Shown here piece after piece: positions 19,852 to 30,100 of a stretch of DNA of 61,877 nt. The notes below the pieces were generated by a model, which was not told the origin of the DNA, did not search any database, and was given only the letters and a program-made list of their open reading frames with translations. Location of the stretch: positions 1 through 61,877 of the forward strand of contig WJIS01000026.1 in the NCBI GenBank assembly GCA_014730165.1. Reading direction: 5' to 3'. How positions within the stretch are numbered: position 1 is the first letter of the stretch; each line of letters begins with the position of its first letter. Position numbers and translations under genes: made by a program. Origin of the DNA: Promethearchaeota archaeon. Its GTDB lineage: Archaea; Asgardarchaeota; Lokiarchaeia; Sigyniarchaeales; SOKP01.

Positions 19852-21027
19852 ATGGTTAATATTAAATATTCTTTCCAAAAACGACTTGAAAAAGTTCAGA
19901 ATTTACTTATAAAGTTAGATTTAGACTTTTTTATTATAACAAATATTCAAAATCTATATTGGATTACTGGTACTGCTCAATACGGTGTCTTGGTGGTTTC
20001 AAGAGAAGATTATCCTGTATTTTTTATCCGTAGAAATCTTTTTCTGGCAAAAAAAGAAAGTTGGTTAGAAAACATCCGAGAGATGGAAAAAACCTCGCAA
20101 GTGAAAGAATATCTCATATCAAAAGGAAGAAATTTAGATAATCTAAAAATTGGGATGGAATTGAATTCATTACCTGCTTCCTTTTATCTGTATTATAGAA
20201 AAATGCTTAAAGAAGCGGATTTATCAAATGTTGAATTTGATTTAAGAAAATTAAGGATGGTAAAAGATCAAAAGGAGTTAGATATATTTCGTACCGCGGG
20301 TAAAGTAGCTCAAAAAGCTCAAGAAATAATTCCAGAAAAACTAATACCAGGAATAAAAGAACATGAAGTTGCCGCAGAAATTATCAAGGTTGCTCTAAAA
20401 AATAAATCAGTTCATTTCAGTAATGTTAACAGCACGTTTGGTCAAAATTGGTTTATTCTAACAAGCGGTGAAAACTTATGGACTCCAAGCTATTTTCCTA
20501 TACTGTCCGGAACGGGCTTATCGAATGCCATCCCTTATGGATATTCAGATAGGATAATAAAAAAGGGGGATATCGTAATGTGTGATTATGCAATCAATTA
20601 TATGGGATATCATGCGGATCATGCTCGTACATATTATGTTCAATCAATACCAGATAAGTTCAAAGAGAGATATCTAATTTTAAAACGAGCATATGATATA
20701 ATAACACAAGATTATCTGAGAGCGGGAACTCCCGCAAATCAAATCTTTCTAGAGATGAAAAAAATTTTGGAAAAAGAAAATCTTGGGAAATATTTCCAAG
20801 GAAATGGATATTACTATCAGGGACTTGGACATGGAATAGGATTAGAATTAGATGAGCTCCCCAATATAACCGAGAAGGATACAATAGTCTTAGAAGAAAA
20901 TATGGTAATCGCTTTGGAGCCAAAAATTATAATTCCAAATTGGGGGGCAATTGATTTAGAAGATGATTTTATAATTAAGAAAGGAAAACCAGAACGAATT
21001 ACTCACACAGAGTACTTGTTTGATTAA
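19852..21027 (+). CDS. M24 family Xaa-Pro peptidase
   Basis: 391 aa. Creatinase-N-like N-terminal half and an M24 pita-bread core with metal-ligand contexts (CDYAINYMGYHADHART, HGIGLELDE, ALEPK). Confidence 0.8.
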   Translation: MVNIKYSFQKRLEKVQNLLIKLDLDFFIITNIQNLYWITGTAQYGVLVVSREDYPVFFIRRNLFLAKKESWLENIREMEKTSQVKEYLISKGRNLDNLKIGMELNSLPASFYLYYRKMLKEADLSNVEFDLRKLRMVKDQKELDIFRTAGKVAQKAQEIIPEKLIPGIKEHEVAAEIIKVALKNKSVHFSNVNSTFGQNWFILTSGENLWTPSYFPILSGTGLSNAIPYGYSDRIIKKGDIVMCDYAINYMGYHADHARTYYVQSIPDKFKERYLILKRAYDIITQDYLRAGTPANQIFLEMKKILEKENLGKYFQGNGYYYQGLGHGIGLELDELPNITEKDTIVLEENMVIALEPKIIIPNWGAIDLEDDFIIKKGKPERITHTEYLFD

Positions 21028-21111
21028 CCATTTATGCTTTTTTATTATGGTATTTTGTCTTTAATAAAATTTGACTAAAACTTATAAAATTAGGTGTACA
21101 TTTTATTTTTT

Positions 21112-22299
21112 ATGCTAAATCATCGACTTATTAATCCATCTAAAGACCCAAAGCTATTTGTGAAAAATTCTATTTCGTTTTTAAAGAAGTATGCTTCTAA
21201 TAAAAGGGTATTTTGTGCATTATCAGGAGGGATTGATAGTTCATTAACATATTTACTGCTCAAAAAGGCAGATATTGATACCATACCGGTATTTATTGAT
21301 CATGGTTTAATGAGAATTATTCGGGGTAAGGAAGAGCGGGAACATATCAAGGATCTATTTCCCGATGTTTTAATTATTGATATTCGGGATGAGTTTTTAC
21401 CAAAAATATATGAAGAAGGAGATGCTGAAAAAAAACGATCTTTGTTTAAAGATGCTTACTCCTCAGTAATTAGTAAAGTAATAAAGGATGAAGAATGCGA
21501 TTTACTAGCTGATGGAACTATTTTACCCGATATTGAAGAAAGCTTTGGAGTGAAAATTGAAGATCTTAATGAAACTATGAGTTTAGAGGAAGAAAAACAG
21601 TTCCTCAAACAATATAAAAAAGGATTTGTAAAAAGTCAGCATAATCTAAATATAGAATATGAAGTAGAAGCAACTATACAACCTGTTGCAAGTCTTACGA
21701 AAGATGAAGTGCGTCAGATGTTAAAATATTTAGAAATGCCCTCGGAATTAATTTACAGAAAAGCTTTTCCAGGACCCGCACTGGCAGCAAGGATTATTGG
21801 TGTTGTATCAGAAGAAAATCTAAGATTTGAGAAGCAAGTGCACGATATTGTCGAATCTTCGATAAACGATTTTTATATGGAAAAATACGGAAAGTTTATG
21901 ATCATAAACGAAAATGGTGAACAAGAACCTTTCCAAGTATTTGCAGCGATAGGAGAGGATATTTTGAATAAAAAAGTGACTGGAGTTATAGATGGAATGA
22001 GAAAATATGAATTTCCTCTTTCTGTGGATTGTATATGGAATTTTGAAAAGTTAAGTCAAATTGCTAAGAATCTCCGAGGGTATTCGCGATTGCTCTATAG
22101 GTTAGAAAATAGAAAAAAGGGTAAATATGATGTAATAATTAGAAGCATTAATAGTATCGATGCTCGAAGTGCCAGTGTGACTCATCTCCCGATTGATTTG
22201 CTAACAAGGATCTCTCGAAAATTATTAGAATTAGAACGAACCCAAAATATCTTTTTTGATATCACTCCAAAACCACCTGGAACTATTGAATATGTCTAA
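21112..22299 (+). CDS. guaA: GMP synthase subunit B-like PP-loop ATP pyrophosphatase (with insertions)
   Basis: PP-loop ALSGGIDSS, LTKDEVRQM...YRKAFPGPALAARIIG and C-terminal FFDITPKPPGTIEYV match the archaeal GuaA-B pattern. First ATG is at 21112; the track starts at a GTG at 21094. It is longer than typical subunit B. Confidence 0.7.
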   Translation: MLNHRLINPSKDPKLFVKNSISFLKKYASNKRVFCALSGGIDSSLTYLLLKKADIDTIPVFIDHGLMRIIRGKEEREHIKDLFPDVLIIDIRDEFLPKIYEEGDAEKKRSLFKDAYSSVISKVIKDEECDLLADGTILPDIEESFGVKIEDLNETMSLEEEKQFLKQYKKGFVKSQHNLNIEYEVEATIQPVASLTKDEVRQMLKYLEMPSELIYRKAFPGPALAARIIGVVSEENLRFEKQVHDIVESSINDFYMEKYGKFMIINENGEQEPFQVFAAIGEDILNKKVTGVIDGMRKYEFPLSVDCIWNFEKLSQIAKNLRGYSRLLYRLENRKKGKYDVIIRSINSIDARSASVTHLPIDLLTRISRKLLELERTQNIFFDITPKPPGTIEYV

Positions 22300-22407
22300 T
22301 AGAATTTGGTTGAAGATATCTATCAAAGAACAAGATGATAACAAATAAGTTAAATAGCTAATTCTCTTTTTTTCAGGTTATTATGATTTCTTTTTCATAA
22401 AAAAATT

Positions 22408-23223
22408 TCAACTCTTTGAAAAACCTCCATGATGGAACTCAATATGGTAATTGAGCTCTTTTTGTTCACAATATTTTTTAATTTTCATTTCAATAAAGTC
22501 CCAATAACTTGATTCCTTTTGGATCTTTTTATATTTTGAGAGCAGGTCTTTTTTATATTTAGTAATTATCTTATTTATTCTGTGAATATTGTGTGTCCTG
22601 AAATTCAGGTTTTCAAAACTAAAATTAGTTGTAAAATTTACCGCTTTTTCTATAATCTGTTCAAAATCAGTAATTTCTGGAAAAAAAGGAGATATAAAAA
22701 CGTAAGTATCTATCCCTTCCTCAGCAATTTTTTTAAGGGCCATTAAACGGTCTGAGGGTTTAGAGGCTGCAGGTTCAATTACTCTTGAGAAAACGTCATC
22801 TAATGTATTTAATGAGATACCAACTTTAATGTTCTCAAATTTTTTAAATAAATCAATATCACGTGTTACCAATTTCGATTTTGTCAGAATTTGTATTTCA
22901 GCTGTTGTTCCTATAAGAGCCCGTAAAATCTTTTTTGTATTTTCATATTTTTTTTCTAAGGGTAAATAAGGATCTGTGACAGAGCTAAGGAGGATTTTCT
23001 TTCCATCATATTTAGAAGGTTTAATTTTATTAAAGTCGTACTTTTTGATATCTAAAAAATCACCCCATTTCTCACCCTTATGGCCTGTAAATCTAATCAT
23101 AAATTCTGCATAGCAATAAATACAACCGTGCTGGCACCCAGTGTATGGATTTATTACAAAATCTATGGTGGGTATTTTACTTTTAGTTATAATACTTTTA
23201 GCTTCTCTAATTTCGACCTTCAT
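22408..23223 (-). CDS. Radical SAM protein (SplB/COG1533-like)
   Basis: 271 aa with a CQHGCIYC (CxxxCxxC) cluster motif about 30 aa from the N-terminus. Confidence 0.7.
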   Translation of the reverse strand: MKVEIREAKSIITKSKIPTIDFVINPYTGCQHGCIYCYAEFMIRFTGHKGEKWGDFLDIKKYDFNKIKPSKYDGKKILLSSVTDPYLPLEKKYENTKKILRALIGTTAEIQILTKSKLVTRDIDLFKKFENIKVGISLNTLDDVFSRVIEPAASKPSDRLMALKKIAEEGIDTYVFISPFFPEITDFEQIIEKAVNFTTNFSFENLNFRTHNIHRINKIITKYKKDLLSKYKKIQKESSYWDFIEMKIKKYCEQKELNYHIEFHHGGFSKS

Positions 23224-23491
23224 TGTTTTATTTCTCCATTTATTAAGTTAATGAATCATATGTTTATTTTTTTTAAAAAATTTAATCTTAAGGTTAGGAA
23301 GAATCATAAGGGTCTGGAATTACCTAAAAACCTATTACATTGTCCTTATGAAAAAACTATTGTTATAATCGGAATCAAATCGGAAGTAAAAGGTGCATTA
23401 ATCAATACAAAAATAAACAAATATTAATTTAATTAAAAAAAGATATTAAAGAAAAAGATAATAAATAAAAAATTATTAAGAATAAGTTATT

Positions 23492-24058
23492 TTATTCGAT
23501 TTTCGAGCCGCAATTTTCGCAAAAAGCTGCCCCAGGTCTTAATTGATGACCGCAGTATACGCAAAAGTTCTTTTCAGATGACTTAAGAGGTTTATCAACC
23601 TTTTTAGGTGGTGTGAAATCTTCAACAGGTTCGTATTCAACTTTCTGTCCAAGATTTATCTCACCTGTTTCAGGATCAAATTTATATCTAATCTCTCCCT
23701 TCTGTCGAAGATCTAACATAACGCGAAGAACATCTGAAGGTTTTATACCAGTTTCTAAAGCGATATTTTCAAGTTTATGAGTTCCTTGATAATTCCTTTC
23801 AGCAATAGCCGCTTTAATGGATCTTTTATATTTGTAATTGGTATATAATTGCTCAAATCCTCCAATAAAAATAAAGAATGCGGGAATAAACAACCAAAAA
23901 CCCCAAGTTTTTAGACTTATGAAGTCTATATCTAATGCAATAAATACCAATGATAATATTGCTACAAAAACAAATACAATAGCTACAGCAAATGTGCCTA
24001 TTGCCGCTTCATATTGTCCCTTCTTATAATACCGATCATATGATTTCTTTTCACTCAT
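23492..24058 (-). CDS. Membrane protein with C-terminal zinc ribbon
   Basis: 188 aa. Two hydrophobic helices, a helical segment (IKPSDVLRVMLDLRQKGEI) and a terminal CVYCG...CENCG. Confidence 0.5.
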   Translation of the reverse strand: MSEKKSYDRYYKKGQYEAAIGTFAVAIVFVFVAILSLVFIALDIDFISLKTWGFWLFIPAFFIFIGGFEQLYTNYKYKRSIKAAIAERNYQGTHKLENIALETGIKPSDVLRVMLDLRQKGEIRYKFDPETGEINLGQKVEYEPVEDFTPPKKVDKPLKSSEKNFCVYCGHQLRPGAAFCENCGSKIE

Positions 24059-24281
24059 TTACATCACTTTTCATTTGATTAGTTCTTATTTAACAAAGTA
24101 GAATGTGATATATAAAGAATAGTTAATCCAATTTTTTTAAATTTATTTTGCAAGTTTATATTAGATTTTTTCTTGTTCCTAAATCGTTTGGTGTAAATTT
24201 TGATTATGTTTTAAGTCTAGAATATTTAAATATCCAAAAGTCTACAATATCAATAATTATAAAATATTTTAAAAATTAATC

Positions 24282-24794
24282 ATGAGCGAAAGAAAATGGT
24301 ACCACTTAACTTTCAGTGAAGAGAGTAAGAAGACTAGAAAAGCAATTGCAACCTTCCTTTTAATTTTAGTGATACTGGGATACTTAGGATTGATAGCGCT
24401 TAATGGATATATAATAGCATCAGCAGCATTCATACGGATCTATCCGTTAGGCTTTACATCATCTTCAAATTCCACATCATTCAATCTAACGGGATCTTTT
24501 ATCGTGCAAAATGATCATTGGAATTCGATTGACGTATCTAATATTAACTTGAACTTTTCTCTGTTTACAGATAACAATACTCAATTACTTGGGGAACAAA
24601 AAGATTTAGGATCTATTCAACGATTACAGAACACCTCAATTGCTATTGATCTTTTCTTTAATGCTTCTGAAATTACACCAGTACAATTTGAAGCTTTGAA
24701 TAATACAAACTCGATTCTTTTTGATGTGTCTTTATCATTCAATTATTTCTTATATGGATTTTATGTAAGAGTAAAATTAAATACAACAATTTAG
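24282..24794 (+). CDS. Membrane-anchored extracytoplasmic protein with many N-x-S/T sequons
   Basis: 170 aa. One N-terminal TM helix followed by a beta-rich region with at least 8 N-glycosylation sequons. Confidence 0.45.
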   Translation: MSERKWYHLTFSEESKKTRKAIATFLLILVILGYLGLIALNGYIIASAAFIRIYPLGFTSSSNSTSFNLTGSFIVQNDHWNSIDVSNINLNFSLFTDNNTQLLGEQKDLGSIQRLQNTSIAIDLFFNASEITPVQFEALNNTNSILFDVSLSFNYFLYGFYVRVKLNTTI

Positions 24795-24803
24795 AGGGTA
24801 AAA

Positions 24804-25268
24804 ATGACAAATTTATTAATTAATTATAAAACTCTGTTTAGAAATCTAATTATTTCGGGGATTTTTGGATTATTACTTCCCTATATCGCTTTAACTTTTC
24901 TAATTCCCTCCAATTCAGTATTTGATTTAGCTCTTATCACGACAAATGGGATTATTTTCATACTTGCATATACCGCATTAGGAATGTTTCATAAGAATAC
25001 ATTTTACCGGTTTTTAATCGGTATGGGTTATGTAGTTCTTTTGATCTATTTCTATAGTGTTGGAAATAATATCTTCACATTTTTCTTACCTCACACGGGA
25101 TTTGGATATCTTTTTGTGAGTGGTACGGTATTTGGAATACCCATAACGGTTGGGTATAACTATGCTTGGGTAGTGGTTGTGATAATAATCTTAACAGGTT
25201 TAAATATCTTGAGAAAATTTATCAAACCCCTCAAGGAAAAACAAGAAAAACCGGGAAAGACGGAATAA
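24804..25268 (+). CDS. Integral membrane protein
   Basis: 154 aa with about 4 hydrophobic helices, starting 9 nt after the preceding gene. Confidence 0.5.
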   Translation: MTNLLINYKTLFRNLIISGIFGLLLPYIALTFLIPSNSVFDLALITTNGIIFILAYTALGMFHKNTFYRFLIGMGYVVLLIYFYSVGNNIFTFFLPHTGFGYLFVSGTVFGIPITVGYNYAWVVVVIIILTGLNILRKFIKPLKEKQEKPGKTE

Positions 25269-25830
25269 TTGAGCTTTACGTATTTTTTTATTTAACTTTT
25301 TTTAATCTTAATAGCCATTAATCGATATATAATTATTGCCTTTGTTAGATTGATGAGTGAATGTGTAGATTTAATGTAAATATTTATATGCTTCATTGAG
25401 AAATTATATATAATACAAAGAAAACCAATATAGGTGGATTAAGATTAAAATCCCCAAACAATTAAAATGTCCTTTTTGTGAAGAACTAATTAATCTAGAA
25501 TTTGATGAAAAATGTAGAGTTAAAACTGTTGATTTGATTAGTATACGTGTAAGAACCCCAATCCTAATAGATTCAAACACTTTAAAAGAAACGAATGTAG
25601 AAGTCAATATCTGCGCGAAATGTAATTCAATTCTTGGGGTTGGACGTAAGATGTGATTTCAGAAACTAAATAGTTATGTAAATTACGTTTAACATTATTA
25701 TTTTCTTTAATTATTTTTTTTAGACTCTTCTTGAGGTATGCGTGTATCATTTTTAAAGGTTCCAAAGATTTAAATATTGATGTAAACTATACTTTACATA
25801 GTAGTTTAAAAAAAATTTGAGGTAAGAAAA

Positions 25831-26670
25831 ATGAGTAAAAATCAATTGAGTTATGAAGGAACGATAAATAAGAAGTATATTAAAAAAGAGATGGTTAAAT
25901 CAACAATAATACTTTCGGTTATCTTTATTGGAATTTTTTTATTCATATGGCTACTAATTTGGGGAATAAGTTTAGATGAGGGTTTTCCCTATCCAACAAT
26001 GTTATTAACGTTTATCACGATTACAACTGGACTAATTCCATTTTCAATGATATTAATATCTTCATACGCTTACGAGAAGGCTTATGTCAAAAACTTCTAT
26101 TATGTTATACAAGAAGATAGTATTGTTATTCATCACGGAGTATTTACTAAAGTAAAAGCAACGATACCCTATTCACGGGTCCAAAATATCAATATTACAA
26201 ACGGAGTATTTGATAGAATGTTTAATCTATTCACCGTAAAGGTAGAGACTGCTGGAAGTAGTGCCGCCGCTCAAGCTGCTCAAGGAGGAGTAATTCGACC
26301 TGAAGGTTATATACCTGGACTGGAAAATCCCAATATCATTGAGGAAAAGATAAGTGAGATGATGACAAAATATTCCAACATTCCATCTGGACTAGAAGAT
26401 AAGGTTTTCAAACCAGAAGAACTTGCTTTCGATAATTTTATCAGTTATATACTTTCTAAGATGCGTGAAGGAGAGAAGCTGAAAACCTCTATTAAGGATC
26501 TCAGAGAACAACAAGATATGAGCGCTGCTAAACTTGCCGAAAGTGTTGGTGTTCCCATACAAACCATAAATTTTCTGGAAGAAGGAAGATATAATCCAAG
26601 TATACTTCTAGCATACAAAATTGCTGAAACATTAAATTGTAAAGTTGAAGATTTATTCAAAGTTCCTTAA
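25831..26670 (+). CDS. Membrane bPH (YdbS/YdbT-like) domain protein fused to a C-terminal XRE-type HTH
   Basis: 279 aa. Two TM helices, a bPH_2-like block (YYVIQEDSIVIHHGVFTKVKATIPYSRVQNINITNGVFDRMFNLFTVKVETAG) and a C-terminal Cro/C1 HTH (MSAAKLAESVGVPIQTINFLEEGRYNPS). Confidence 0.6.
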   Translation: MSKNQLSYEGTINKKYIKKEMVKSTIILSVIFIGIFLFIWLLIWGISLDEGFPYPTMLLTFITITTGLIPFSMILISSYAYEKAYVKNFYYVIQEDSIVIHHGVFTKVKATIPYSRVQNINITNGVFDRMFNLFTVKVETAGSSAAAQAAQGGVIRPEGYIPGLENPNIIEEKISEMMTKYSNIPSGLEDKVFKPEELAFDNFISYILSKMREGEKLKTSIKDLREQQDMSAAKLAESVGVPIQTINFLEEGRYNPSILLAYKIAETLNCKVEDLFKVP

Positions 26671-26732
26671 TTTGATATTTTTATAATTTTTTAATTGTAT
26701 TTTTTTTATATTATAATAATTTATAGTAATGG

Positions 26733-27149
26733 TTGAGGTTCTTGAGATTTAAGAAAAGTATAAAGACGAAAGTAAAGGAATTACGAGAAATAGCAGGAAT
26801 GACTCAAGAGCAATTAGGAGAAAAATTAGGGGTGTCTCGTCAAACTGTTTATTACTTAGAGAAGGGAGATTATAATCCAACTTTAACTCTTTCGTTTAAA
26901 CTCTCAGAAGTATTTGGAAAATCCATTGATGAAATCTTTTATCAAGAGCCCATTATTAAAGATGTCATAGAACAGAAATCTCTAAAAGAATTAAAAACAA
27001 TTGCTGAATCTATTGGAATTTCCTATAATAAAATCAGTAAATTAACAGAAATAAAGGAAGAGAGATTATTGGAAGAATTTGATGAAGAGTTACTAAGAAA
27101 TATAGCAGATGGATTAGATTTTGAATTTAACAAACTGTTTGAAGATTAG
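26733..27149 (+). CDS. XRE-family HTH transcriptional regulator
   Basis: 138 aa. HTH is MTQEQLGEKLGVSRQTVYYLEKGDYNPT. The only in-frame start that keeps helix 1 is a TTG at 26733. Confidence 0.7.
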   Translation: MRFLRFKKSIKTKVKELREIAGMTQEQLGEKLGVSRQTVYYLEKGDYNPTLTLSFKLSEVFGKSIDEIFYQEPIIKDVIEQKSLKELKTIAESIGISYNKISKLTEIKEERLLEEFDEELLRNIADGLDFEFNKLFED

Positions 27150-27186
27150 TGTCAAAAAATTTAAGTTAATTGTCAGAATCGAATGA

Positions 27187-30100
27187 TTATAGATTAGATT
27201 TAATCAATTGAATTTTTTGAATAATTTCATAGATTTGATCATGGATATATTCAACTTTTGGAGTGGGAATAATACTCTCTTCATATAAACAATATACCGT
27301 AGAATTCACAATTTTCATTGTAACAATGGTATGATCCAAAGTAGTTGAAATATTCATATCCATTGATAATTCAAATAAAGTAGCTTCAAGTTGGATAGCT
27401 GCACATGTGAAAAATTTTATAAGCGGTTTTCCTTTACATCCGAGTTCAGCTTGAGAGTAGTCTTTAAGATTTAAGACTTGTACTTCAGTATTAGCTATTT
27501 GGTAGCCTAAACTGGTCTCCTTGATATAATCCACAGAGTTTCCCATCAATAGGACTAAAAAATTACGAATTTCATGTAATTTCGATATGATATACTGAGC
27601 AGCCTTGTCTTCAATTAAATTAAGTTTATTGAAAAACACCGTTTCGAACTCTGTTATTTCTATTAATACTTGAGCGATTGCGTCTTTAAATAAACTACAT
27701 GTTAGATTTCCATCCAGTGTTTTTTGATAAGCAATTCTTAAAAATTTCTGAGCTAAGGACAGCTTGAATCTAATAGTTGAAGCGATAATCGAATATAATT
27801 CATTGTCTACATATTTTTTCATCTCTTCAATTTCATTATCTAAAAATAGAAAACAATCTTCTAATGAAATATTTAGTAGTGTCAAATGTGAAATTGATTC
27901 AATGTCCCCATTCCATTCATTATCATTATTTGTCGCATTCACAATTAGCGTGTAAGTTTCTGGTTTAAAGGGAATCCTTATTCTATATAATTTGTTTTCC
28001 ATACTAATTATTCCTTCATCCCAAATTTCTCCAGAGGAATCAAATACAATATAGTTTCCAGTCGCTTTACTGTCTTGATAGCCATCAATATCACTAATCA
28101 TAATGTCCCAACCAAAGGCACTTTCATAAATATTTATCTCAGGAGGACTTAGATCATCATCATATATCGTTAAGGTTGAATTCAATGTTGTACTCAATTG
28201 GTCGTTTAATCTGTCTGTATCATTATCTATTGCTCTTACTGAAAATTTGTAAATTCCTGGAATAATAGGATTAGAAAGATTGATGTATCCTTGAGAATCA
28301 GTTTGAATTATCTCATTCATGAAGTTTATTAAGATATTACTTAGTCCGGATTCATCTTTGGCAGTAATTTTTAATCTTATTGTTTCCGAGCTATCATATA
28401 TTTTAGTATCTAAAACTTGGATACTTTCAATAATTGGGGTACTGGTATCATCATCCTCCACCTTGATATCAAATTTTCTTTGAGATATAAGCTGATCATT
28501 TATTCTGTCTGTATCATTATCAATTGCAATAATTTGAAGTGAATAACTACCGGGTTTTTTTGGATTATCAATTTTAACAATATTATTCTCATCGATAAAA
28601 TACTCCTCACCTTCAAATACGGCGTATATTTCTGCTATATCCGACACATCTTGAGCAGATATTTGAACTTTAAAGTATATATCTGAATCATATACGGGAT
28701 CTGTTAACAAAATGATGTTATTTATAGTTGGAGGAGTAATATCGTCATCTACTACTTTAAAAGAGCTATTTATTGATGAATTTAATTGATCTCCTTCATG
28801 ATCGGTGTCATTATCAATTGCTACTAAAACAAAATCATAAAGACCAAGAAGAATAGGATTTGGAAGAATTATATGATTATTTTCATCAGCATGGTATATT
28901 ATATCTTCAAAAAGTATATATAATTGAGATAAACCAGATTCATCATTTACGACTATTTCAAATTCAATAAAATCAGCGCTATCATATATGGGAGAATTTA
29001 AGATATTTATTTGTTCTATCTCTGGAGGGTTGATGTCGTCATCAGAAACCTCAAATGTAGAATTCACTACTTCAATTGACATGTCTCCTTCCCAATCATC
29101 ATCTCCATCAATAGCAAAAACTTGAAAAGAATGAATACCAGAAGTTTTTGGATTTGGGATAAATATGATATTCCCACTTATAGAATCATATCGCTGTTCA
29201 TTAAAAATAATAAATAAGTCAGCTATTCCAGATGCGTCATTTACAACTATTTCAAATTCAATAAAATCAACGCTATCATTTAAAGGAGAATTTAAAATAT
29301 TTATTTGTTCTATTTCTGGTGGATTGATATCATCATCTTTAACTTCAAATGAAGAATCGAATGTGGCGTTTAATTGGTCTTCATTTTGGTCGGAATCTCC
29401 ATCTACCGCAATCACTGAGAACAAATAATTATTTGGAAGAATAGGGTTAGGAAAAATAATCCTATTGTTTTCATCAGCATGATATATTGATTGATTAAAA
29501 ATTGCATAAAGTTCAGACAATCCGGATTGATCTTCAACAATAACCTCGAACTCGATGAATTCAGTTGAATCATAGAACGGTTCATTAGTAAAATCTATAC
29601 TAAAAATCTGTGGAGGTGTAATATCATCATCAAAGACCTCAAAATTTGATGTTAAAGTGGTTTCTAATTGGTCTCCCTCTCGATCTTTATCGTTATCAAG
29701 TGCTTTAATTGTATATTCATAAGTTCCAGGTATCTTCGGATTGGGAATGGTTATGATGTGATCGTTATCATCATCCAAATATATATTATTTTGGAATTTA
29801 ATAGAAAGTTCTTCTAATCCAGAATCATCCTCTACATCAATCCTAAATTGAATTATATCTTCGTTATCCAAGATTGGTGCGTTAATGATGCTTACATTAG
29901 AAATAATTGGAGGGACCGAATCATCGTCAATTATATTAAAAGTTGAGTGAATGGATGTGGTTAATTGATCATTATGTCTGTCTTCATCCCCATCAACTGC
30001 AAATAATGTATATTCATATTGACCGGGATTTCTTGGGTTTGGGATGATAGCACGATTATTGGAATCTATATTATACTGAATATCGTCAAATAGTACATAA

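Noticed and set aside
25404-25607. 67-aa minus-strand ORF
   Set aside because: It has hydrophobic, low-complexity composition and no motif. The opposite strand carries a more protein-like zinc-ribbon frame, reported separately with caveats.
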